This document shows positions 39,592 to 50,458 of a stretch of DNA of 64,000 bases, piece by piece. Numbering within the stretch: position 1 is the first letter of the stretch; each line of letters starts with the position of its first letter. The notes beneath the pieces are model-generated. The model was not told the origin of the DNA and did no database searches. It saw only the letters and a program-made list of their open reading frames with translations. The position numbers and the translations under genes are program-made. This DNA is from an uncultured Gemmatimonadales bacterium (GTDB taxonomy: Bacteria; Gemmatimonadota; Gemmatimonadetes; Gemmatimonadales; Gemmatimonadaceae), in contig CAWKNZ010000006.1 in assembly GCA_963851265.1 (NCBI GenBank), positions 1 through 64,000 on the forward strand, in the 5' to 3' direction.

Positions 39592-42081
39592 TCAGAAGGT
39601 GCTGCCGAGCGTGACGAAGAGCTGCCGCGGCGCGCCGGTCAGCAGCGTCGCGTAGTCGCCCGCCGTGGTGAACCCGTTCGTTCCCACCGTGCTGACGTAG
39701 CGGCGGTCGAACAGGTTGTTCGCGTTCACCTGCACGTCGAGCGCGCGCAGGCGCCCGTACGGCCCGAAGCGGTAGCGCGCGTTGAGGTCGGCCACCGCGT
39801 ACGCCGGCGCGTAGCCGCCGCCGGCCACCGTGCGCCCGTCGTAGGTGACGAGGTCGTTGGTGTAGGTGAAGAAGCGCTTGTCGACGTAGCGCCCGACCAC
39901 CGCCGCGTAGAGCCGGTCGGCCGAGTACCCGACCGACGTGCTGCCCAGGAAGCGCGGGGCGTCGACCACGTTCTTGCCCCGGGTCGGCACGTTGGACGTC
40001 GGGTCGTTCTGGACGGCGAGGTAGTCGCTCTGGTAGGTCGACGCGTTGTACGACGCGGCGGCGTAGAAGCGGAAGCCCGCGGGCAGCGCGGTGTTGAGCA
40101 GCCCCTCCACGCCCCGGGTGTGCACCGAGCCGACGTTGCCGAAGCCCGTCGCGCAGGTCACCGTCTGCGGGCAGAGCGAGACGCCTAACAGCCGGTTCCG
40201 GTAGTCGACGAGGTACCCGGTGAGCCCGGCCTCGACCGGCCCGCGCCGCGTGCGCACGCCCCCCTCCACCGTCGTCGACTTCTCGGGGTCGACGCGGCTC
40301 AGGTAGGGGAACGTCGCCGGGCTCGCGTTGTACACGCCCCCGGCGGGGCTGTACGGGAACTGGTTGACGTTGACCGCGAAGTTGGCGAACAGCTCCTCGG
40401 CGCCCGTGGCGCGGAACACCGCGCCGACCTGCGGCAGCAGGCCGCCCTTGGTCGCCAGCGAGAACGCGGGGCGGCTGACGTCGGCGAAGACCGGCGCGAC
40501 GACACCGTTGGTCGGGGTGTTCCCCTGGTTCGTGAAGTCGGCGCCGACGTGCAGGTACTTGGCGCCGTAGGTGACCGCGAGCCGGTCGTCGAGGGCGCGC
40601 GTCGTGTTCTGGGCGTAGAGCAGCGTGGTGCCGAGCGCGGCGTGCCGGTCGAAGTCGAGGCGCAGTGGATCGCCGAAGTTCACGTCGGGGCCGGTCGCGT
40701 AGTTCACCAGGCGCCAGCGCGGCCGCCGGATGTCGTCGCGGTTGGACTCGAGCCAGGTGCCGACCTCGAAGCGGTTGGTCGTCGCGCCCACGGCGAAGGG
40801 GTCGGTCGCGAGTCGCGCCGTCGCGCCGAACCGCGTGTCGTGGTACTGCGTCTGCCGGAACATGATCGGGTCGGGCGAGTACGCCGCGCCGTAGCTCGGC
40901 GCGTGCCAGTCGCCGCCGCCGTGGTCGACGTGCACGTACGGCTGTACCGTCAGCTGCAACCCGCCGCCCAGCGCGAACTCCCCCCTGAGGTACGCGAGGT
41001 GGTCCTGGCGCGCCCCCTGCGCCGACCAGTAGTACGAGACGTCGGTGAGCGGGTTGTAGGTCTTCGCGTTGCTCAGCTCGGCCAGCTGCTTCGCCTGCGC
41101 CCAGCTGCCGAGGTAGTCGAAGTTGGGCCCGAGCGAGAACCCGGGGGCCTGCACCTGGCCGTTGAAGACGCCGAGCGACAGGTCCATGTAGTCGCTCTCC
41201 TTGCGGCTCGCGAAGTCGTAGAAGGCCGTGACCCGCTGCCGGCCGATGGTCAGGAGCGCCTTGGCGTTGAGCTGGTCCTGCCACTGCTCGCCCGCGCGGC
41301 CGAAGAGGCCGCGCTGCCCCAGGAGGAACGACGTCTGCCCCGGGAAGCTCGAGTAGCGTTCGCCCCCGGACTTCCACTTGTCGGTGTCGAAGCGCGAGTA
41401 GGACAGGTAGCCGAGGAGCGCGCCCGCCCCCTCGCCGAAGGTGGCGAGGCCGTTGTCGTAGCGCAGCGTCGTGCGCCGCGCCTGGTACTGCCCGCCCATC
41501 TGCTGCACGAAGAACGTGCGCTGCGCGAGCGGATTCTCGGTGGCGTACTGCACGACGCCCCCGAGGTTGTTGGCGCTCGCCGTGCCGAGCGCGCCCGCGC
41601 CCTGCGCGACCGTGGTCGAGCTCAGGTTGCTCGGGTCGGCCGCGCGCCCCACGCCGAGGCCGTTCCAGTTGCCGTACGACATGTCGCCGAGCGGCACGCC
41701 GTCGAGGGTCTGGCCGATCTGCTGCGTCTGGAAGCCGCGGATCGTGACCCGGTTGGACCATTCGTACATCCCGAAGCCGTCGGCGTTCTGGACGTTCACG
41801 CCGGGGAGTTGCTCGATGACCTTGAGCGCGCTCGTCCCGGGCGGCGCGGCGTGGATGCGGGTCGAGTCGACGGCCGCCGCGCTGCGTGCGAGGCCGCGCC
41901 CCGAGACGGCCGTGACCGTGACGCCGGTCAGGCGCGTGACGCTGTCGCGCCGCGTCCCGGCAGGGCGCGGGGCGCCGGCGGTGTCGGTGCGGGCTGGCTG
42001 CTGAGCGCGGGCGTCGGCGGGCGCGAGGGCGAGCCGGGCGCCCGCGAGGGCCGCCGCAGCGACGAGCGAGGAGGTGCGCAT
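39592..42081 (-). CDS. TonB-dependent receptor
   Basis: Plug (LPGVNV, VTIRGF), ANNLFDRRY, terminal F. Confidence 0.92.
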   Translation of the reverse strand: MRTSSLVAAAALAGARLALAPADARAQQPARTDTAGAPRPAGTRRDSVTRLTGVTVTAVSGRGLARSAAAVDSTRIHAAPPGTSALKVIEQLPGVNVQNADGFGMYEWSNRVTIRGFQTQQIGQTLDGVPLGDMSYGNWNGLGVGRAADPSNLSSTTVAQGAGALGTASANNLGGVVQYATENPLAQRTFFVQQMGGQYQARRTTLRYDNGLATFGEGAGALLGYLSYSRFDTDKWKSGGERYSSFPGQTSFLLGQRGLFGRAGEQWQDQLNAKALLTIGRQRVTAFYDFASRKESDYMDLSLGVFNGQVQAPGFSLGPNFDYLGSWAQAKQLAELSNAKTYNPLTDVSYYWSAQGARQDHLAYLRGEFALGGGLQLTVQPYVHVDHGGGDWHAPSYGAAYSPDPIMFRQTQYHDTRFGATARLATDPFAVGATTNRFEVGTWLESNRDDIRRPRWRLVNYATGPDVNFGDPLRLDFDRHAALGTTLLYAQNTTRALDDRLAVTYGAKYLHVGADFTNQGNTPTNGVVAPVFADVSRPAFSLATKGGLLPQVGAVFRATGAEELFANFAVNVNQFPYSPAGGVYNASPATFPYLSRVDPEKSTTVEGGVRTRRGPVEAGLTGYLVDYRNRLLGVSLCPQTVTCATGFGNVGSVHTRGVEGLLNTALPAGFRFYAAASYNASTYQSDYLAVQNDPTSNVPTRGKNVVDAPRFLGSTSVGYSADRLYAAVVGRYVDKRFFTYTNDLVTYDGRTVAGGGYAPAYAVADLNARYRFGPYGRLRALDVQVNANNLFDRRYVSTVGTNGFTTAGDYATLLTGAPRQLFVTLGSTF

Positions 42082-42179
42082 GGGGAAGGGGCGCGGAGGT
42101 GGGGGCGCGACGGGGGGCCGCGCGGCCGTAACCTGCCGGGGCCGGGCCCGCGCGCGGTCACGGCGGGGTATCCGGCCCG

Positions 42180-42860
42180 TCACGGCCTCACAGCGAGACC
42201 GTGACGGGTTGACGACGTGAGCCGCCGGGCACGGCCGGCTGCGTTGATCTGCAGGACGGCGCCGGCGTGCTGCGTGTAGTCGCCGGCGATCGTGAACGTG
42301 TAGCCCTGCATCGCGCCGGCGACACCCGGCGAGAGGGTGCCGCCGTCCAGCACGTGGACGCTGTTCCGGGCGCCCGTCGTCCCCACGCTGGCACCCGGGC
42401 CGCGCAGCGTGCTGCCGCTGCCGACGGTGACGTTGGTCAGCATCCGGTCGCCCGCGGCCAGCGTGAGCGTGCCGGACGTGTTCCCGAAGTACCCGGCGGC
42501 GGCGTACAGATCGACGCGGCTCCAGTCGCTGGGCGACATCCCGGCGAACGCCGTGAGGGCCGGCGTCTCGGTGTTCTGGATGATCTGGTTGATGGTGCCC
42601 GTCGAGAGCTTGCCGCCGATGCCGCCGTTAGGCGCGATCACCTGCGCCGCGCTCGTGCCGCCGCCCTACACGGTCGCGAGGAGGATGGAGGCGTCGGGCC
42701 CGCCCGCCGGGGCGGCGTCGGCCGCCAGCACGCTGGTCGGTATGCCGTAGCTCTGACGCGCCTGGCAGATCTGGCCGTTGCTGGTGAGCGGGCCGCTCGC
42801 GGTCGGGGTGGCGTTGCCGTAGGTCGCGAGCGACGCGGCGAGATGAAGTCTCGCGTGCTC
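42180..42860 (-). pseudogene. Remnant of a secreted PAP2-phosphatase/autotransporter-like protein
   Basis: In-frame TAG at 42666-42668 within DASILLATV*GGG; DWSRVDLYAA followed by beta-helix-like GGTLSPG...GDYTQ. Confidence 0.5.
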
Positions 42861-43410
42861 ACTCCATCAACAGTTCTCGATAGGAAGTACCTGTCGCGGT
42901 GCGCTATCGAGAAGCTCGGCGGCGTCCTGGCGGGCGCCGTGGACCGCGGTCCCCTCGGGGAGCACGTGGTCTACGCGATCACCGCGCGGGTGTTTGCGGC
43001 CGAGCGCACCGCAGCCGGCATTTCCGGCGCCGAGCGGGATGCCGCGGCGGGCGGTTGACGAGCGCCTAACGCGGTCCCCGACCGCGCCCGTTATGCCGTC
43101 GGTCGGACCGGCGGCCCGGCCCCGGCCGCGACCCGGCCCACGCACCCCGCGGCCACTACTTCGCGCGAGGCACTTCCGCGCCGGGGCGCACCGCTCCGCG
43201 CCACCCGCACGTTGCCCGCGCGTACCCAAGGAGCCATGCGCATCATCGCGCTCGCATTGTGCCCCGGCAGCACCGCGCACGCCATGCTGGCGGCCGGCGC
43301 GCGGCCGCCCTCGCCCTGGGTCCAGGCGCGCTTGCGGCCGCCGCGCGCGCCGCGCATGTTGGCGCTCCCCGTCGTCCCGCGTCTCCTACGTCGCCCACCG
43401 CCCAGACTCC

Positions 43411-43815
43411 ATGACGAGCGCCACCCTCCCCGCCCCGACCATCGACCGCCTGCGCGCGGGCACCGCCGAGACGAACCGGCGGTTCGAAGCGGCGCTCGCA
43501 GCCGGCGACGCGGCCCGGGCTGCCCGCGAGGTCTACACGGCCGACGCGCGCGTGATGCCGCCCGGCGCCACGACGGTCATCGGCCGGGACGCGGCCGAAC
43601 AGTTCTGGACCGGCGCCGCGGCGCAGCTGGGCGTCACGCGCGTGGCGCTCGAGACCGTGGAGCTGCAGCCGCTCGGGGACGGCGCGTACGAGGTGGGCCG
43701 CGCGGTGCTCACCGTCGGCGGCGGGCAGCAGGTCGTCGCCAAGTACGTCGTGCTCTGGCGCGAGGAAGACGGGCGTTGGCGGTGGCACGTCGACATCTGG
43801 AATCTCGAGCCCTAG
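43411..43815 (+). CDS. DUF4440/NTF2-like protein
   Basis: YTADARVMPPG...AYEVG...KYVVLWREEDGRWRWHVDIWN. Confidence 0.85.
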   Translation: MTSATLPAPTIDRLRAGTAETNRRFEAALAAGDAARAAREVYTADARVMPPGATTVIGRDAAEQFWTGAAAQLGVTRVALETVELQPLGDGAYEVGRAVLTVGGGQQVVAKYVVLWREEDGRWRWHVDIWNLEP

Positions 43816-43898
43816 CCGGCCGAGGCGCCGCCGCCTAACGGCCACCCGCGGCGTCCACGCCGGCCCGCGACTCGGCCGCGCCGTGGCGGCCCCGCGCG

Positions 43899-46193
43899 CT
43901 ACCGCCCCGTCGCGGCGCGGAGGATCAGCGTGGCGACGTCGCTCAGCCGGTACTCGCCCTTCTCGAGCACGCGTTCGGCCGTGCGCGCCAGGTAGTCGCG
44001 CTCCGCGGGGGTGAGCGTCTTCGTGGTGAGCACGATGACCGGCACGCCACGCAGCCGCACGTCCGCGCGCATGGCGGCCAGCACGCCGAAACCGTCGAGC
44101 ACGGGCATCATCAGGTCGATCACGGCCACGTCGGGGCGCCGCTTCCGCATGGCCGCGAGCCCCGCCTCGCCGTGCTCGGCTTCCCGCACCCTGGCGCCCG
44201 CGTTCCGGAGTACCTGCGCGGTGATCCGGCGCGCGTCGGCGTCATCATCCACGACCAGCACGTCGGGCGCGGGGGCCGGCCCGCTCGCCGGGGGGCGACC
44301 CGCACCCGCTGTGCCGGCCACGGCGCGCGCCACCGCCCGGGCGAGGTGGGCGGCGTCGCGCGTGTCGTGCGTGTCGTCCGGCGCCGCATCGTCGCGCGAT
44401 CCAACGCGCGTGACGTCCGGTGCGGGCGGCGGCTGAAGTTTCGAGGCGAATGCGACCACGCCGAGGTCGAGCGCCGCCGCGGCGCCGCGGGCCGCCTTGG
44501 GGAACGCCGCAGGGGTCGCAGCCGGCAGGATCAGCAGCGGAACGTCGTCGAGCCCGTGGCCCTCGCGTAGCGCGTGCGCCACCTGCCACCCAATGCCGCC
44601 CGCCGCGCTCACGTCGAGGGCGATGAGCGCCGCGTGCTCGTCGCGCGCGAGGGCGACCACCTCGGCCGGGTCGTGCGCCTGCACGAGGCGCACGTCGGGG
44701 TAGAGCGTGCGCGCGAGGTACGCCACCGTGCCCTCGTCCGGGCCGAACACGACGACCGTGGTCGCCTCGGCCGTCGGATCTACGCCGTACGGGTCGAACG
44801 CGTCGGCGGCTCGCGCAGCCCCCGAGACGCCCGTCGCGTGTGCGGACGCCCCGCCTGCGCTGTCGGCCACCCGCGGGCCGTTTGCCGGCGTTCCCGCCAC
44901 CGGAAGCCAGAGCGTGAACGTGGAGCCGCGGCCGGTCTCGCTCGTCACCGTGAGGTCGCCGCCCATGAGCCGCGCCAGGCGCCGGCTGATCGCCAGCCCG
45001 AGCCCCGCGCCCCCGTGCCGGCGCGTCAGCCGCGGGTCGACCTGGAAGAACTCGTCGAACACGAACGCGAGCTGGTCGGCCGCGATCCCGATGCCCGTGT
45101 CCTCGACCGCGAACTCGACGCGCTCCGCCCCCTCGGTCGACGTCGTCGTCACCCGCAACCTGATCGCACCCGCGTCGGTGAACTTGACCGCGTTCGCAAC
45201 GAGGTTGAGCAGGATCTGCCGCAGGCGCCGCCGGTCGGCCTGTACCGCCGGGGCTGTACGCTCCGCGGGGCCGCCGGTCGGTGCCGCCAGTTCGAGCACG
45301 AGCCCCTTCTGTTGCGCCTGGCCCTCGAGCAGCGCCGCGACCTCCTCCGTGATCGGAAGCGGGTCGACGTCGGTGAGCTCGACCTCCAGGTGCCCGAACT
45401 CGGCGCGCGTCAGGTCGAGCACGTCGTTGACGAGGTCCAGCAGCGTGCGCCCGGTCTGCCGGATGCGCTCGACGTACGTGGCCTGGCCGCCGGTGAGCGC
45501 GCCCTCGAGGCCGAGGTCGAGCAGGTCGGCGTAGCCGAGCACCGCGTTGATCGGCGTACGCATCTCGTGGCTCACCGTCGCCATGAAACGGTCGCGCGCC
45601 TGCGTGGCGTCCGCGAGGGCGAGCGCCTGGTCCTGCAGGGCGTCGCGCGCGCGCTCCAGGTCGGCCGTGCGACGCACGAGCGCCTGCTCGGCCTGCACGC
45701 GCCCGGTGATGTCGTTCTGCACGCCCACGAAGTGCGTGACCCGCCCGCGCGCGTCACGGATCGGCGCCATCCGCAGCTCGTTCCAGAAGAGCGTGCCGTC
45801 CCTGCGATAGTTGCGTAATGTTACGAATGCCTCGCGCTCGGCGCGCACGGCGTCGCGGAGCACGCCCACCTCGGGCTGGTCGCGGTCCGTGCCCTGGAGG
45901 AAGCGGCAGTTGCGGCCGACCGCGTCCTCGACGGTGTAGCCCGTCAGACGCGTGAACGCCGGGTTGATGGCGATGATCGGGTTATCGGGCCGGCCGCAGT
46001 CGGTGAGGATCATCGCGTCCTGCGCCGCGCCCACCGCGCCGTCGAGCAGGCGGAAGCGGTCCGCGAGCCGCGCGGGCAGCTCTCCGGCCATCCAGCTTTC
46101 GCGATCCCCCGTCCCCTCTACGCCGCCGTCAGCGTCCGCACTCTGACGCGCCGTCCCGTTCCCGTGTCGCCGTGCCGTCGTACCGTCCGTCAT
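43899..46193 (-). CDS. LOV-domain hybrid histidine kinase
   Basis: GRNCRFLQG, NYRRDGTLFWN, VGVQ; HEMRTPIN; C-terminal receiver (DLMMP); start may be 46091. Confidence 0.92.
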   Translation of the reverse strand: MTDGTTARRHGNGTARQSADADGGVEGTGDRESWMAGELPARLADRFRLLDGAVGAAQDAMILTDCGRPDNPIIAINPAFTRLTGYTVEDAVGRNCRFLQGTDRDQPEVGVLRDAVRAEREAFVTLRNYRRDGTLFWNELRMAPIRDARGRVTHFVGVQNDITGRVQAEQALVRRTADLERARDALQDQALALADATQARDRFMATVSHEMRTPINAVLGYADLLDLGLEGALTGGQATYVERIRQTGRTLLDLVNDVLDLTRAEFGHLEVELTDVDPLPITEEVAALLEGQAQQKGLVLELAAPTGGPAERTAPAVQADRRRLRQILLNLVANAVKFTDAGAIRLRVTTTSTEGAERVEFAVEDTGIGIAADQLAFVFDEFFQVDPRLTRRHGGAGLGLAISRRLARLMGGDLTVTSETGRGSTFTLWLPVAGTPANGPRVADSAGGASAHATGVSGAARAADAFDPYGVDPTAEATTVVVFGPDEGTVAYLARTLYPDVRLVQAHDPAEVVALARDEHAALIALDVSAAGGIGWQVAHALREGHGLDDVPLLILPAATPAAFPKAARGAAAALDLGVVAFASKLQPPPAPDVTRVGSRDDAAPDDTHDTRDAAHLARAVARAVAGTAGAGRPPASGPAPAPDVLVVDDDADARRITAQVLRNAGARVREAEHGEAGLAAMRKRRPDVAVIDLMMPVLDGFGVLAAMRADVRLRGVPVIVLTTKTLTPAERDYLARTAERVLEKGEYRLSDVATLILRAATGR

Positions 46194-46376
46194 CCGCCGT
46201 CCCTGGTTCCCATCGCCCCCACCGCTTTACCGCCGAGTTCGCGCGAAAACTATGATCGCACCTGCCGCGGTGCGACCGGACCGGATACGACGGCCCGCGG
46301 GCTTGCCGTGTCACTCGCAGCGCGGCCGGCGCGCGACCGCTCCGTGTGGACGACGCGGACGACCCGCGCCGCCCGA

Positions 46377-47588
46377 TCAGGCGGCCGGCTTGAGCTCCAC
46401 CTTGATCCACCCCGGCCGCCGGTCGTTGAACGCCTGGTAGGCGCTCAGCACGTCGGTCATCGGCTCGACCTGCGTGAGGATCTGCCGTGGGTCGACCACG
46501 CCGCTCTCGACCAGCTCGACGAGGTGCGGGAGGTACTTGCGGTGATTGCAGTTCCCCATCTGCAGCGTGAGGTTCTTGTTCATCGCCTGGCCGATCGGGA
46601 AGAACTCGTGCTGCTCCGGGTACACGCCGATGATCGAGAGCGTGCCGGCCTTGGCGAGCGACTCGACCGCCCAACGAAGCACCTGGGACGGCGCGTCGCC
46701 CGGGGCGTAGCCGGTCTTCGGTTTCGCGTCGGGCGCGACCTGCTCGACCTCGCGCTGGAACTCCTTCTCCTGGCTCGCCGCCTGCTTCGCCGCCGGCCCG
46801 TGGTGTGGGTGCACGGCGTCGACGCCGACCGCGTCGATCGCCCGGTCGGGGCCCGCGCCGCCGGTCAGCTCCTTGATCGCCTCGAGCGGGTCCTCCTCGT
46901 CGAAGTTGATCACCTCGGCGCCTTGCGCCCGCGCCATCGCGAGTCGCGACGGGTTGGCGTCGACGGCGAGCACGCGCCCCGCACCGAACAGCTGGGCGCT
47001 CTTGATCGCGAACTGCCCCACCGGCCCGCACCCGAACACCACGACGATGTCGCCGTGCTCGATTTCGGCGAGGTCGGCCCCGAAGTAGCCGGTCGGGAAG
47101 ATGTCGGACAGCAGGATCGCCTGATCGTCGGTGACGCTCCGCGGCAGCTTGACGAGGTTGACGTGCGCGAACGGCACGCGCGCGTACTCCGCCTGCAGCC
47201 CCTGCAGCGGCCCGCTCGGCTTGGGACCGCCGAAGAACGCGGTGCCTGCCGTGGGGCCGTTCGGGTTGGCGTTGTCACACTGCGCGTAGTAGCCGGCGCG
47301 ACAGTACGCGCAGTACCCGCAGCCGATCGTGGACGGCACGACCACGCGGTCGCCCACGCTCAGGTTGCGCACGTTCTTCCCCACCTCCTCGACGACGCCC
47401 ACGGCTTCGTGACCGAGGATCGTCCCCTTCTCCATGCCCGAGAAGGTGCCGCGGACGAAGTGCAGGTCGGTGCCGCAGATGGCGCTCGCCGTGATGCGCA
47501 CGATCGCGTCGGTGGGCTCCTCGATCTTGGGCTCGCGCACGTCGTCGAGGCGGATGTCGCCTACGCCGTGCCAGACAACGGCTTTCAT
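46377..47588 (-). CDS. Zn-dependent alcohol/formaldehyde dehydrogenase-like
   Basis: ICGTDLH, GHEAVG, CGYCAYC, LSDIFPTG, GCGPVG. Confidence 0.92.
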   Translation of the reverse strand: MKAVVWHGVGDIRLDDVREPKIEEPTDAIVRITASAICGTDLHFVRGTFSGMEKGTILGHEAVGVVEEVGKNVRNLSVGDRVVVPSTIGCGYCAYCRAGYYAQCDNANPNGPTAGTAFFGGPKPSGPLQGLQAEYARVPFAHVNLVKLPRSVTDDQAILLSDIFPTGYFGADLAEIEHGDIVVVFGCGPVGQFAIKSAQLFGAGRVLAVDANPSRLAMARAQGAEVINFDEEDPLEAIKELTGGAGPDRAIDAVGVDAVHPHHGPAAKQAASQEKEFQREVEQVAPDAKPKTGYAPGDAPSQVLRWAVESLAKAGTLSIIGVYPEQHEFFPIGQAMNKNLTLQMGNCNHRKYLPHLVELVESGVVDPRQILTQVEPMTDVLSAYQAFNDRRPGWIKVELKPAA

Positions 47589-47814
47589 GATGCGGGTCGG
47601 GTTGGAGACAGGTCGTCGAGAACGGCCCGCCCCGCAGCAAGTGGTCGGCCACGCACGACCGGGACGGCGGAACGGTTCGGGGCGAATCGCGCGATTGCAC
47701 CACGGCGCTCGGTGTCCGGGGAAGCGGGACGGCGTGGGCACCGATTCTGCCCCGGGCGCGGCCGCGCGGGCGTCTGCCACGCGTTCAGACCAATCCTCAC
47801 TCAGCGTTTCACCC

Positions 47815-48933
47815 ATGACGACCCCAGCGGTCGGCTACGCCGCGAAGAGCAAGCGGTCCGACCTCAAGCCCCTCGCCTTCGCGCGCCGCGACGTAGGCCC
47901 CAAGGACGTGGCCATCGCCATCGAGTACTGCGGCGTCTGCCACTCCGACATCCACCAGGTGCGAAACGAGTGGGGCAACACGGTGTGGCCGTGCCTGCCC
48001 GGACACGAGATCGTCGGCCGCGTCACCGACGTCGGCACCGAGGTCACCAAGCACAAGCGCGGTGACCTCGTCGCCGTGGGGTGCATGGTCGACTCCTGCC
48101 GGGAGTGCGGGCCGTGCCGGGCCGGCATCGAGCAGTACTGCGAGGGGCCGCACTCGTGGACGGCCACGTACAATGGGCCGATGAAGCCGGACGGCACCAA
48201 CACCTTCGGCGGCTACTCCGACCGCGTGGTCGTGACCGAGGATTTCGTGCTGCGCGTGCCGGACTCGCTGACGACGGTCGGGAACGCGGGCCTCGCCTCG
48301 GTGGCGCCGCTGCTCTGTTCCGCCGTCACGACGTACTCGCCGCTCCGGCACTGGAAGGTGGGCCCGGGGCAGAGGGTGGGGATCGTCGGGCTCGGCGGAC
48401 TCGGGCACGTCGCCGTCAAGCTCGCCAGGGCGTTAGGCGCCGAGGTCGTCGTGTTCACGACCTCCAAGAAGCGGAAGGAGGCCGACGCGCGGCGCTTCGG
48501 CGCCTCGGACGTGGTCGACAGCACGGACAAGAAGGCGATGCAGGCGCACGCGTCGTCGTTGGATTTCGTGCTCAGCACGATCCCCGAAGCGCACGACGTG
48601 AATCCGTACGTTCAGTTGCTCAAGCTCGACGGCACCATCACGCTGGTCGGCGTGCTCACGGCGCTCGAGAAGGGTACGGACAACCAGCAGGTCGCCTTCC
48701 ACCGCCGCAGCGTGGCCGGCTCGCTCATCGGCGGCATCGCCGAGACGCAGGAGGTGCTCGAGTTCTGCGCGCAGCACGGCATCGCCTCCGAGGTCGAGGT
48801 GATCCCGATCCAGGAGATCAACGACGCGTACGACAAGGTGGTCGACGGCAAGGTCCGCTATCGCTACGTCATCGACATGGCGACGCTGGCCGACGCGCGC
48901 GCCGAGGCCAAGGGGGACGGCCAGGTCGCCTGA
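47815..48933 (+). CDS. NAD(P)-dependent cinnamyl-type alcohol dehydrogenase
   Basis: CGVCHSD, PGHEIVG, GLGGLGH, VRYRYVID. Confidence 0.93.
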   Translation: MTTPAVGYAAKSKRSDLKPLAFARRDVGPKDVAIAIEYCGVCHSDIHQVRNEWGNTVWPCLPGHEIVGRVTDVGTEVTKHKRGDLVAVGCMVDSCRECGPCRAGIEQYCEGPHSWTATYNGPMKPDGTNTFGGYSDRVVVTEDFVLRVPDSLTTVGNAGLASVAPLLCSAVTTYSPLRHWKVGPGQRVGIVGLGGLGHVAVKLARALGAEVVVFTTSKKRKEADARRFGASDVVDSTDKKAMQAHASSLDFVLSTIPEAHDVNPYVQLLKLDGTITLVGVLTALEKGTDNQQVAFHRRSVAGSLIGGIAETQEVLEFCAQHGIASEVEVIPIQEINDAYDKVVDGKVRYRYVIDMATLADARAEAKGDGQVA

Positions 48934-48980
48934 CGCGCCGGAAGACACACACGCTCCGGGACCGGGTCGCCGCGCTTCAG

Positions 48981-49024
48981 GCGCCGTCGCTCACGCGCCG
49001 TCGCTCACGCGCCGTCGCTCACGC
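48981..49024. repeat. 14-bp tandem repeat GCGCCGTCGCTCAC x3
   Basis: Seen directly, between convergent genes. Confidence 0.85.
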
Positions 49025-49807
49025 ACCACCGTGCTCGACGCGGTAGCGCAGCCAGAGCACGTCGTCTGCGCGGCGCTCCACCCCGTCGAGCACGAGCCGC
49101 CGCGGCGGACCGCCCACCGCCGCGGCGTCGAAGAGGGTCGGCGTTCCGGCGCGGCCGTCCGCCACGGGCGCGACGAGCACGCTGATCTCGTCGACGAGCC
49201 CCGCGCGGAGCATCGAGCCGTTGATCCCTCCGCCCCCCTCGAGCATGAGCGCGCGCACGCCGAACCGCCCGCCGATCCGGTCGAGCGCGACGGCCAGGTC
49301 GACATCGTCGCGCCCTGCGAGGATGTAGGACACGCCGTGCGCGCGCAACTCGGCGAGGTAATCGTCCGACACGCGCTCCGAGAGGATCGCCACGAGGTGG
49401 TCGCCGGCGAGGTCGCCCGACTCCCATCGTAGCCGCCCACGCGGGTCCACCGCGAAGGCGAACGAGCCGTGCTCGCCGGGCGCGACGAAGTCCTCGCGCG
49501 GCGCGCCCTCGTACTCGCGCGCCAGCTCGACGTCGGCACGGACGCCCGCCGCGAAGTGCCGCTCCATCGTCACGCGGCCGCAGAGCCAGCCGTCCGCCTC
49601 GTACAGCGCGTGCACCTCCTCGTACTGCCGCCGCCCCTCGTCGGAGAGCGGCCAGCCGTCGGTGACGATGCGCCCGTCGATCGACGTGAGCATGTGGCAG
49701 ATGACGCGCGGGCGCGCGCTCCGCGACGCGGCTTCACCGGTGCCGATCGGGGGGGAGCCCGTTCCGGAGCGGACGTCGCCCGGGCCGTCCGGTACGCGAG
49801 CGTTCAT
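49019..49807 (-). CDS. RibD C-terminal / dihydrofolate reductase-like protein
   Basis: [33 protein letters not shown]. Confidence 0.88.
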   Translation of the reverse strand: MNARVPDGPGDVRSGTGSPPIGTGEAASRSARPRVICHMLTSIDGRIVTDGWPLSDEGRRQYEEVHALYEADGWLCGRVTMERHFAAGVRADVELAREYEGAPREDFVAPGEHGSFAFAVDPRGRLRWESGDLAGDHLVAILSERVSDDYLAELRAHGVSYILAGRDDVDLAVALDRIGGRFGVRALMLEGGGGINGSMLRAGLVDEISVLVAPVADGRAGTPTLFDAAAVGGPPRRLVLDGVERRADDVLWLRYRVEHGGA

Positions 49808-50223
49808 GCGCCGCTCCCGGGCTCGCCGGCCGCCGCGTACTCCGCGTCGCTCACGTGGTCCAACCATTCGACGGCCCTGCCGTCGAGCGCTTCCTGGATG
49901 GCGATGTGCGTCATCGCCGTCCTGGGCGACGCACCGTGCCAGTGCTTCTCCTCGGGCGCGAACCACACGACGTCCCCGGGCCGAATCTCCTCGACCGGTC
50001 CGCCGTCGCACTGCACGCGGCCCGCCCCGGCCGTGACGATCAGCACCTGTCCGAGCGGGTGCGTGTGCCACGCCGTGCGCGCGCCGGGCTCGAACGTGAC
50101 CGCGTTCCCGGCGGCCCGTGCGCCACCCTCGGCGGCGAACAGCGGGTCGATGCGGACGCTGCCCGTGAACCAGTCTGCCGACCCCCTCGCCGAGTCGCGT
50201 GCGCCCGCGTGCGTGATCTTCAT
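49804..50223 (-). CDS. Cupin domain protein
   Basis: [18 protein letters not shown]...KHWHGA. Confidence 0.92.
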   Translation of the reverse strand: MKITHAGARDSARGSADWFTGSVRIDPLFAAEGGARAAGNAVTFEPGARTAWHTHPLGQVLIVTAGAGRVQCDGGPVEEIRPGDVVWFAPEEKHWHGASPRTAMTHIAIQEALDGRAVEWLDHVSDAEYAAAGEPGSGA

Positions 50224-50458
50224 GAACGTGCTCTCCTGGACGATGTGTGGTCGTGGACCGCACGCGCCAACCTACCGCCGCGAGGGGCGAGGAAGGATGC
50301 GACGATTGCTGGCGCGCTCCTGTTTGGCACGGCGGCGGGCGACCGCCGCGGCCGGCCCGGCGCCGGGCACGGGCGGGTGCGGACGCGAGATCACGCCGGG
50401 ACTCACCACGTAGCTTCGCCGTGCGCACCCGACTCACTCACCGTCGCGACCTCGCCAG

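Noticed and set aside
43064..43096. GCCTAAC-hairpin-GTTATGC mini attC
   Set aside because: About 33 bp, too short to hold two L boxes.
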